Shown here one piece after another: positions 55,424 through 64,000 of a stretch of DNA of 64,000 nt (position 1 is the stretch's first letter; every line of letters begins with the position of its first letter). Location of the stretch: assembly GCA_001783805.1 (NCBI GenBank), contig MFNS01000005.1, forward strand, positions 1,636-65,635. The letters run 5' to 3'. The position numbers and the translations under genes are program-made. Source of the stretch: Candidatus Levybacteria bacterium RIFCSPHIGHO2_01_FULL_40_16 (GTDB lineage Bacteria > Patescibacteriota > Microgenomatia > Levybacterales > UBA12049). Below the pieces are notes generated by a model. That model ran no database searches and was not told the origin of the DNA. It saw only the letters and a program-made list of their open reading frames with translations.

Positions 55424-56860
55424 ATGCAGCTTAAAATTTTAATTACGGGTTACGAGGGAGCGCCATTTTATAAAAAGGGAGGACTTGGGGATGTAATGGA
55501 ATCTTTGCCCAAAGCTCTTGCCAAAATCGGAATAGATGTTAAGGCGGTTATTCCTTATTATTATTGCATAAAAGAAAAATATCATTTGGAAAAAGAGGGA
55601 GAATTTACGGTGACATTTGGATCGGAAACAGAGCATCTGGGAATATACTCTACCCTGCTTCCAAACACCAAAGTCCCTTTTTATTTTTTGGAGAACAGAA
55701 AATATCTTTTTTCAAGCAATGCCGGAGGTAAAAACAAAAGAATAGAGCAGTTTGCTTTTTTTAATCTTGCAGTTGCGCATTTTGTCAATTGGGTCTCTGA
55801 ACATCATCATTGGTCGCCGGCCTTGATTCACTGCAATGATTGGCATACCGCACTTATTCCTTTAATTCTGAAGAAGAAAATAAAATCTTCAATCCCTACG
55901 CTTTTAACCATTCACAATCTTCTTTATCAGGGAGTTGGGTCACTGCGGGTTTTAGATCTTTTGAATATGAAAAATGAAGAGACAAAAGAGCTGAAAAAGG
56001 GAAAACCGGCAACAGAAATGAATATTTTGGGGGAAGGAATTATCTATGCGACCCGGGTTTCTACGGTTTCCGTTTCTTACGCGAAAGAAATTGCCAGCGA
56101 TTATGACAGAAGTCCGATAGGACCCTTTCTTAAGAAAAGGGAAGAGGAGTGCTGCAATAAAGACGGGAAAATATTGGGCATTCACAATGGCATAGATTAT
56201 GATATTTGGAATCCGGCAGTAGATGAACTTCTATATCATAAATTCGATATGAATACTTGGGAAGCCTGCAAGAAAGACAACAAGAAAGATTTGTTGGAAA
56301 GTCTGGGATTGCCGGATAAACCGACTTTTTGTTTTGTGGGTAGAATGGTCAAGCAGAAAGGTCTAGACGTCTTGATAAAAGCAATTAATCGAATTTCTCG
56401 CCTTGATGTTAATGTAATAATTTTAGGCTCCGGAAATTTGAAAATACAAAAAAACGTTTCGAAGATAGCCAACAAATTTCCTTGGGTTAAAGCGGAATTT
56501 GTTTATAGCGAAGAGCTAGCCCATAAGCTTTATGCCGGATCTGATTTTATTATCATTCCCTCGCGTTACGAACCTTGCGGGTTGATACAGATGATCGCAA
56601 TGAGATATGGAACGATACCTATAGCATCGCGGACAGGCGGATTGCAAGACTCAATTATGCATGGGAAAAATGGTTTTCTTTTTGCTAAAGGTAGGTCAAT
56701 CAGGCTGAAAAAAGCCATTGAGCACGCCCTAAATGTTTACAAAAATAAAGAACAGTATAGAAAAATGGTGGAGCGGGCAATGAAAACTGATTTTTCCTGG
56801 GATAAGAGCGCTTTATTGTATAAAAAACTGTACGAGGAAATGCTGACAATTGACAAGTAA
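55424..56860 (+). CDS. glgA: GT5-family glycosyltransferase (glycogen/starch-synthase-like)
   Basis: N-terminal KKGGLGDVMESLPKAL is the GlgA-type K-x-GGL signature; C-terminal GT-B Rossmann fold. The substrate (glycogen versus another alpha-glucan) is unresolved. Confidence 0.75.
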   Translation: MQLKILITGYEGAPFYKKGGLGDVMESLPKALAKIGIDVKAVIPYYYCIKEKYHLEKEGEFTVTFGSETEHLGIYSTLLPNTKVPFYFLENRKYLFSSNAGGKNKRIEQFAFFNLAVAHFVNWVSEHHHWSPALIHCNDWHTALIPLILKKKIKSSIPTLLTIHNLLYQGVGSLRVLDLLNMKNEETKELKKGKPATEMNILGEGIIYATRVSTVSVSYAKEIASDYDRSPIGPFLKKREEECCNKDGKILGIHNGIDYDIWNPAVDELLYHKFDMNTWEACKKDNKKDLLESLGLPDKPTFCFVGRMVKQKGLDVLIKAINRISRLDVNVIILGSGNLKIQKNVSKIANKFPWVKAEFVYSEELAHKLYAGSDFIIIPSRYEPCGLIQMIAMRYGTIPIASRTGGLQDSIMHGKNGFLFAKGRSIRLKKAIEHALNVYKNKEQYRKMVERAMKTDFSWDKSALLYKKLYEEMLTIDK

Positions 56861-56884
56861 CAATTAACAGGTGACAATTAAACT

Positions 56885-57793
56885 ATGGATTTTCAATTTT
56901 TACAAAATCCGCTAAGTAAAAAATGGGTGATTTTGGCGCCTCGGAGGGCAAAACGTCCGGATATAGCAAAAGGAATGGAGCCGGTTTGCCCCTTTTGTCC
57001 GGGAAAAGAGGGTCAAGAGAAAGAAGTTTATCGGATTGGCGGCAGGGATACGGACAGCAAATGGCAAATCCGTGTATTAAATAATAAATTTCCTTTCGCA
57101 CCCATTCATGAAATCGTCATTCTTTCTCCGGATCATCACAAAAGCTTTGGCGAATTATCTCTATCGCAAGTCGAATTGATTTTAAAAACTTACCGCCAGC
57201 GTTACAATACCCACAAAGAAAAAGGACAAGTGTATATTTTTCATAATCATGGGGCGGCGGGAGGAGAGAGTTTACCTCATCCGCACACGCAACTTGCAGT
57301 AATACCCTCGGAAATAACTTTGGATATTCCCCGTCTGGCAACTCCAATGGAAATGGAAATTGCGGCAAAAGACCAGATCTTCAAGGAAACCAAGTATTTT
57401 GCGATCTTTTGCCCTAAAACTTCACAGTGGCCTGATGAGGTTTGGATCGCACCAAAGGAGCGGGGGAATCTTTTCAGTTCAATCAAAGATCCACAGATTT
57501 CGGATTTGGCATTTGCGCTTTCACGGTTAATCCAAATTTTTGACCTTCGCCACGGCTTGGAATTTCCATTTAATTTTTATATTTATCCGGGAGGGGATTG
57601 GTACTTAAGGATTCTTCCCAGAGTTAAGGTTTTGGGCGGATTTGAAGTTGGAACCGGAATCATGGTCAATACCCAAGATCCTAGAGAAACTATTGAATTT
57701 ATCAAAGAACATTTTGATCAGCCAGCAGGCGGAGCGGATGAGGAAAAAATCAGAACAATCCACCGCGCTAATTACCACAAAGAGGGGGTTTAG
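56885..57793 (+). CDS. GalT-like HIT-superfamily nucleotidyltransferase (galactose-1-phosphate uridylyltransferase or ADP-glucose phosphorylase type)
   Basis: Zinc-site CPFCPGKE, the active HPH motif (LPHPHTQL), and a duplicated half-barrel length. Confidence 0.7.
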   Translation: MDFQFLQNPLSKKWVILAPRRAKRPDIAKGMEPVCPFCPGKEGQEKEVYRIGGRDTDSKWQIRVLNNKFPFAPIHEIVILSPDHHKSFGELSLSQVELILKTYRQRYNTHKEKGQVYIFHNHGAAGGESLPHPHTQLAVIPSEITLDIPRLATPMEMEIAAKDQIFKETKYFAIFCPKTSQWPDEVWIAPKERGNLFSSIKDPQISDLAFALSRLIQIFDLRHGLEFPFNFYIYPGGDWYLRILPRVKVLGGFEVGTGIMVNTQDPRETIEFIKEHFDQPAGGADEEKIRTIHRANYHKEGV

Positions 57794-58050
57794 GACCTGG
57801 GGTTGACGTAGATGTGGACTTCGTCTTTATAGACCCTGACAATACCGTTTCCGATTTGAATTTCCCGACTTTCTTTTGGGGTGAGGTGGATGATTACTTT
57901 GTCTTTGATAAGGCTAATGAAGTTTTCATGCTGGCCCAAAATATCGAAAACCCCTTTGTCATTAACAGCGGTTACCGCATAAACCTGTCCGCTATACAAA
58001 ACTCTGTCTCGGTTTTTGATAATAACAGTGAGAATAGAATCTTTAAGCAT
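57790..58050 (-). CDS. atpC: F-type ATP synthase epsilon subunit, beta-sandwich domain only
   Basis: 86 aa matching the epsilon N-terminal pattern (ILTVIIKN...VYAVTAVNDKGVFDILGQHENFISLIKDKVI). No C-terminal helical hairpin. Last gene of the operon. Confidence 0.55.
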   Translation of the reverse strand: MLKDSILTVIIKNRDRVLYSGQVYAVTAVNDKGVFDILGQHENFISLIKDKVIIHLTPKESREIQIGNGIVRVYKDEVHIYVNPRS

Positions 58051-58252
58051 GTTTTCGCCTTCTGCATCTCCATTTCATGTTTGGCTCCGGAAACAGAAAT
58101 TTTCTTGTCGACGGCTCACTTTCTTTTTTGGTTGCGCTTGCGTTATTAATATCTCTTAACAACCTTGATTGCGCAGCCTGATTCTTATCGACTTGCGAAA
58201 ATTTGTTTCCTTCGCCAAATCAGACTTGGTCTCGGCAGACCTAGACTGACAA

Positions 58253-59653
<1,401 letters not shown>

Positions 59654-60520
59654 TCACTTCCAGAGCTGTATGCTGGCGAACTTCTCTGCTTGCCTTTTGT
59701 TTTTTTCCTGGTGTTTAATCCTGTTTTTCGCAAGAATTGCCTGTTTTAATCTGGTTTTTGCATTTTCCGTAGCAGCATCCAAAGAAACCATGCGGGCTGC
59801 AAATTTGGCAAGTTCCGACTCGAAGATTGTCTGGACGAAAATAGACGCAAAGATTTCCTTTTCAAAAAATTCCATGATTTTTTCAAGAGAAGGTTCGAAA
59901 AAGTATCTTGCTTGCGGTCCGCCTTTTTCCCAAGGCAAAGGATCTCCGGAGATATTGGTCACAATCGGAGATTGATTAATTACATTATTAAACTGTTCAT
60001 AAAAAACCAGCACTTTTTCGTATTGAATAAGGTGCTCAACGATTTTCCGGACGACATCGTTATCCATTCGATTGTCGGGGAATTCAAAATAAGTCAGGGG
60101 AAAGCTGATTTTGTCCTCCTTGAAGAATTCAAGCCCAAGACGCCCCAGGATAGCAACATCGCCCGGCTCTTTTTTGAGATTTTCGATAAATACATCATAG
60201 GTTTTGCGGATGACCTCTCCATACAGACCCGTATTAGCAGAGATAAGCAGATAGAGAGTCTTGCCATTCCTTTTTATAAAGGTGAGCTTGGACGGATCTT
60301 TTATTTTCTTGGTTCTCATCAAAAGCTCGATTTGAGTCTTGTAGGATATTTTGACTTGCTGAAAAATTGCATTTATTTCCAGCAAAAAATCCCGGCTTCC
60401 CAAGACGCTACTCCGGATACGGGCCATCCTGGTTGCGGCAATCTCTTCGTACGTTTCCAGTATTGTCTGAAGAGTCGTCAGAAATTCTGTTTCCCGTGTC
60501 AGTTCTCTTTTAGTAACCAT
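59654..60520 (-). CDS. atpG: F-type ATP synthase gamma subunit
   Basis: 288 aa of coiled-coil composition, sitting between alpha and beta as in canonical atp operons. Confidence 0.75.
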   Translation of the reverse strand: MVTKRELTRETEFLTTLQTILETYEEIAATRMARIRSSVLGSRDFLLEINAIFQQVKISYKTQIELLMRTKKIKDPSKLTFIKRNGKTLYLLISANTGLYGEVIRKTYDVFIENLKKEPGDVAILGRLGLEFFKEDKISFPLTYFEFPDNRMDNDVVRKIVEHLIQYEKVLVFYEQFNNVINQSPIVTNISGDPLPWEKGGPQARYFFEPSLEKIMEFFEKEIFASIFVQTIFESELAKFAARMVSLDAATENAKTRLKQAILAKNRIKHQEKNKRQAEKFASIQLWK

Positions 60521-60539
60521 AATGGTTTTTTGTCTTTCT

Positions 60540-62012
60540 TCAGCTTTTTAGACTGGATAAGAGTTGTTCTCCTTTTTCTCTCATAGTTTTTAGCATATCG
60601 TTGAAAGTTTTTGCCTCGGCTATAACCCCATCAATCACTTTGCTAACGTTTGGTTTGGTTTTATATGTTTCGATCATTTTGTTAATGTCTGTTCCGACCG
60701 GCTCAACATTTCTGTTTTGTAAAATATTATCCCAAAGCATGGAAAATAAAAGTATTTGTAAATTAATAGGCATAGTCGTGAAAGGTCCCTGATCCAAAAA
60801 CCTGATCACTCTTTCGCCAACCGCCAAAGTTACCTTGCTGGCTTCGGTGAGCTCTGCTCCAAAATGAGAAAAATTTTGCATTTTTTCGGAAATCGTCAGG
60901 AAAGAAAGAATCTCGCGATTGATGTCTCTTTTCAAGGGAGACTGGGTTTGTCTGCCAACCCTGGTTACGGACAGGAAGGGGTTGATAGCCGGTCTTCTTC
61001 CTTTGGCAAAAAAATCGGAATCAAAATATAAATGGCCGTCTGTCATGGACATAATATTGGTTTGGATATAGCCGGACAAATCCCCCTGTACGGTTTCAGC
61101 TACGGGCAAACAAGTAATTGCCTTTTCGCCTTTAGATGTTTGGAAATTTCCTGCCCGCTCTAAGAGCTTGGCGTGGGTGTAGAAAGTATCTCCGGGGTAG
61201 GAGTTGCGTCCCGGAAATTTTTTGCCCAAGAGCGAAATTTCTCTATAGAATTTGGCATGCGTAGTTAAATCATCAAGTATCAGCAGTACATCGTATCCTT
61301 CGTCTCTAAAATACTCTGCTACAGTCATAGCGGAGAAGGGAACAAGAAAAGAAAGCCCGATGGGATCATCAAAGCCTGTTGCGACAATAATTACCTGATC
61401 GGAAATTCCGTGTTTTATTAAAAAATTTTCAGCATCTTTAATGTCAAGTCTTCTTTTGCCAATCGCAGCGTAGATGCAAATGTGTTTTTGCTTGGCCTGG
61501 GTTAAAATCGTCTGCATCAGAAAATTTGTTTTGCCTGTTTTTCTGTCCCCGATAACCAGTTCTTTTTGGCCGAATCCTAAAGGCATAACCAAGTCGACAA
61601 CCGGTATGCCTGTTTCAAGCTGCTTATTGATGGTTTTTCGGGACAAAATGCCTGCAGGCAAAACATTTATTCCCCGGGTAACAGAGGGTTTTTTATAGGC
61701 AGCCATTGCGGTTAGGGAATTTCCGAGGGGATCAATTGTTCTTCCGAAAAGCTCTTTTCCAACCGGCACTTTGAGGAATTCATTGGTTCTGACTACTTTT
61801 GTGCCATGACTGATGGATTCTTTGAAAAAAACCAACACTACTACGGTATCAGAAGTAAATGACAGCACGATTCCTGTTTTGCCTGTCTCAAAAATGACTA
61901 TTTCATCAGTTTTGACTTTCGGAAGACCGCTGACGTAAACAATTGCATTGGAGGTTTTTTCCACAAAGCCAATTTCCGATATGGAATCTAAGTAAAATTT
62001 AAAATCCTTCAT
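60540..62012 (-). CDS. atpA: F-type ATP synthase alpha subunit
   Basis: ...PLGFGQKELVIGDRKTGKT matches F1-alpha P-loop.IGRGQRELIIGDRQTGKT. An N-terminal beta-barrel is present. Confidence 0.95.
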   Translation of the reverse strand: MKDFKFYLDSISEIGFVEKTSNAIVYVSGLPKVKTDEIVIFETGKTGIVLSFTSDTVVVLVFFKESISHGTKVVRTNEFLKVPVGKELFGRTIDPLGNSLTAMAAYKKPSVTRGINVLPAGILSRKTINKQLETGIPVVDLVMPLGFGQKELVIGDRKTGKTNFLMQTILTQAKQKHICIYAAIGKRRLDIKDAENFLIKHGISDQVIIVATGFDDPIGLSFLVPFSAMTVAEYFRDEGYDVLLILDDLTTHAKFYREISLLGKKFPGRNSYPGDTFYTHAKLLERAGNFQTSKGEKAITCLPVAETVQGDLSGYIQTNIMSMTDGHLYFDSDFFAKGRRPAINPFLSVTRVGRQTQSPLKRDINREILSFLTISEKMQNFSHFGAELTEASKVTLAVGERVIRFLDQGPFTTMPINLQILLFSMLWDNILQNRNVEPVGTDINKMIETYKTKPNVSKVIDGVIAEAKTFNDMLKTMREKGEQLLSSLKS

Positions 62013-62080
62013 ATCGCGAATGCGATTTACACTGATTAGAAACAGATTCTCGCTGATCTCTATCTGCGTCTATCCGCTTT

Positions 62081-62566
62081 TTATCGGCGAGAATCAGGCT
62101 GTATGAGTTTTAGCACGGCATTTTTATTTGCAAAGGTGTCTTCAATGCCCTTTTTAAGAGTAAAGTCAGAATATTTTCCATTAAAGATTACAACCGCGCC
62201 TCCCAGCAAATCTTGCGAAATTTCAATGTCCAGAATATAGCCAATACCCAAAGTTTCCTTGACGAAATTATGGATATTCTCAATTGTTTTGCGGGTCGGA
62301 TCAAAAGCCAGAACAAGCTTAATAACCTTAAATTTTTTTAAAAGCCCCTTCAGAGTTTCAAGAAATCCGGCAACTGTATCCCTGTCATTAATGTCAAGAT
62401 TATTTTTTGAAAAAACCTCCTTTATTTTTTGGGCGGAATTTGAGCTGATTGAGTCGAGCGTCTTTCCCAGCATAAGCGTATCGATTTCGGAAGCAAAACT
62501 GGCTACTTCCTGTACGGTTTTTAAAGAGGTGATCAAGTCAAAATAAATTAAAACGTCCTTCTTCAT
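62081..62566 (-). CDS. atpH: F-type ATP synthase delta (OSCP) subunit
   Basis: 161 aa with a C-terminal LLGGAVVIFNGKYSDFTLKKGIE OSCP-like motif. Positioned between b and alpha. Confidence 0.6.
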   Translation of the reverse strand: MKKDVLIYFDLITSLKTVQEVASFASEIDTLMLGKTLDSISSNSAQKIKEVFSKNNLDINDRDTVAGFLETLKGLLKKFKVIKLVLAFDPTRKTIENIHNFVKETLGIGYILDIEISQDLLGGAVVIFNGKYSDFTLKKGIEDTFANKNAVLKLIQPDSRR

Positions 62567-62571
62567 TTCAA

Positions 62572-63273
62572 CTACTTAAACACGCCTCCTTTCTTAGCTT
62601 TTTCCAGAGATTTCTCGATTAAGTCTTCATGGTCAGCAAGGCTAAGCGCTTTTCCCAAGACCTCCTTGGTTATTTTTTCCAAAAGTTCATAAATTCCTGA
62701 ATCTATTTTTTGCAACTCTTCCTTTTTATAATCTTCCAGTTCTTTTTTTGAAGCTAGGTAATCGGTATTTATTTTTTCCCTGACTTCCTTTTGGGAAAAG
62801 AGAGTTAATTTTTGCATCGACTCTTTAAAATTTTTCACCTCTGCCATGGTGTTTTCCTCGATGTCCTTTGATACGTTCTGAAATACTTCGATGTTGTTTG
62901 TTTTTAGATCTTTAAGGACTTGAGAATAAATATTGGCAAAATCGGAAGTTGCTTTTTCAAACTCTTTAATTTGGATGGAGGAGATGCGCGCCAAATTCTC
63001 CTTAAAGTTCTCAGAAGCAATGTCGGTTGACAGCGTAACCTTATTGATGATATCCAAAGCCTGATTATTGGCGTCATCGATGATTTTTATTGCTTTTGCT
63101 CTGGCTATATCGAGTAAGTCCGCATTCTTTTTATAAGCTTCATCTTTCAGGTTCAGGTTGGCATGGAGGGTTTTTGTAATGCGTGATAAATAAAAAACAA
63201 TCGCTACCAGAGTTAGGGTTAGGATCAGTATGCTGACTGCCATATCGAAAAATATTATGGGCGTAATATTCAT
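62572..63273 (-). CDS. atpF: F-type ATP synthase b subunit (long form)
   Basis: Single N-terminal TM, then a long charged coiled coil. Positioned upstream of delta. Confidence 0.6.
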   Translation of the reverse strand: MNITPIIFFDMAVSILILTLTLVAIVFYLSRITKTLHANLNLKDEAYKKNADLLDIARAKAIKIIDDANNQALDIINKVTLSTDIASENFKENLARISSIQIKEFEKATSDFANIYSQVLKDLKTNNIEVFQNVSKDIEENTMAEVKNFKESMQKLTLFSQKEVREKINTDYLASKKELEDYKKEELQKIDSGIYELLEKITKEVLGKALSLADHEDLIEKSLEKAKKGGVFK

Positions 63274-63280
63274 ATTTTTT

Positions 63281-64000
63281 CTAGAGAATAAGAATCAGAT
63301 AGCCAATTCCAAGTCCGACAAGTATAATCACAATCATAAAGGCAAGATTAAGAGCCAGATTTAGCTGAATTGTCCGGCTGGCTAAGGGGTTTCTTCCCAA
63401 AGCTTCAACTCCGCGCGTGGTAACTCGGCCGAAGTAAACAAAACCGATAGTAAACGAAATTAAAACTATACCCACTGCCAAAACGTATCTAAGCGAGGTT
63501 GCCTGAGTTAAAGTGCTAGGGTCTGATGCGTTTCTTAGGATCTCCAAAATGTTAGTTTTGGCGTCTACAAAAGAGGCGTTGAAGTGGGGGGCAACAGCCA
63601 CCAGGATTTTTCCGGTCGCCTTCTGATTTGAATTGCTGTAATCTTCTAAGGCAGTTCCCAAAACCATGCCGTTTCTGGTTGCTTTTTGACCGATACCCGC
63701 AATGGTTGAGGTAGTAATAAAGTCGTTTTTCTTGATATCTCCATTGATTGAGGAAACTAACACATTGGCCTTGCCCATCGTTGTGACCGGTTTTGTTTGC
63801 GGATCACTGGTATTTTGCAGAAAAATAGAGGGCGACTGTGTGTAGATGCCGTACATATTTGAGTCATAGGCTGTGGCTGTCAGTCCATAACCTTTGGGTG
63901 TTGAGGCAATGATGCTGCCGTCTGCAACGTCATTATCGATAATGGGAATGGAGATTGCGGTACCGACAGATTTACTTTGGGCATAAGCTAAGATTGGCAA
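63281..64000 (-). CDS. Secreted-domain protein ending in a c-subunit-like 2-TM hairpin that lacks the ion-binding carboxylate; 5' end beyond the window
   Basis: The C-terminal 70 aa align to ATP synthase subunit c (VGIVLISFTIGFVYFG...EALGRNPLASRTIQ...LAFMIVIILVGLGIGYLIL). Helix 2 has no Asp/Glu at the proton-binding position. About 170 aa of Ser/Thr-rich non-membrane sequence precede it with no internal ATG. The ORF continues past nt 64000. Confidence 0.4.
   Translation of the reverse strand: MPILAYAQSKSVGTAISIPIIDNDVADGSIIASTPKGYGLTATAYDSNMYGIYTQSPSIFLQNTSDPQTKPVTTMGKANVLVSSINGDIKKNDFITTSTIAGIGQKATRNGMVLGTALEDYSNSNQKATGKILVAVAPHFNASFVDAKTNILEILRNASDPSTLTQATSLRYVLAVGIVLISFTIGFVYFGRVTTRGVEALGRNPLASRTIQLNLALNLAFMIVIILVGLGIGYLILIL

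Overview
This window is AT-rich (about 40% GC by eye, not computed), gene-dense, and uses both strands. Short proteins, a minimal housekeeping set, LamG-fused type IV pilin-like proteins, a sortase, competence genes and GT-C/GT2 envelope glycosylation point to a monoderm, Patescibacteria/CPR-like organism. That is inference, not measured. Contents: the 3' end of 23S rRNA plus 5S rRNA; four tRNAs (tandem Ala-CGC/Ala-GGC, and Pro-CGG/Arg-CCT on the minus strand); housekeeping genes (rpsA, radA with a yacL-like PIN-TRAM gene, rho, leuS, argS, ndk, mreB, a LysM-M23 peptidase, an M16 peptidase); an F-type ATP synthase operon (b, delta, alpha, gamma, beta, short epsilon) whose c-subunit slot is taken by an unusual gene; competence genes (comEA, plus comEC split into membrane-channel and metallo-beta-lactamase ORFs); a cell-surface operon (two prepilin-LamG proteins and two secreted/anchored proteins); a 1481-aa membrane protein with tandem integrase-type DNA-binding domains; an O-antigen-ligase/TPR protein; a sortase and a DUF11/SPKTG substrate; a VKOR-DsbA pair; two HigB/HigA-like toxin-antitoxin modules; and a glycosyltransferase cluster (GT26, 2x GT4, DUF218, GT5, GalT-like). 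Several repeat families not explained by genes are present. The main one is a ~170-220 nt structured element with compensatory base changes, in four co-oriented copies. The others are a short TTAATTAAC-GTTTGGGAGAGTTTGG element, one copy of which supplies a histidine kinase's C-terminus; long (CAAA)n/(TTTG)n imperfect palindromes; and GC-rich palindromes, some inserted in-frame in conserved genes. No CRISPR array or prophage was seen. All calls are from reading the sequence; no database searches were run.
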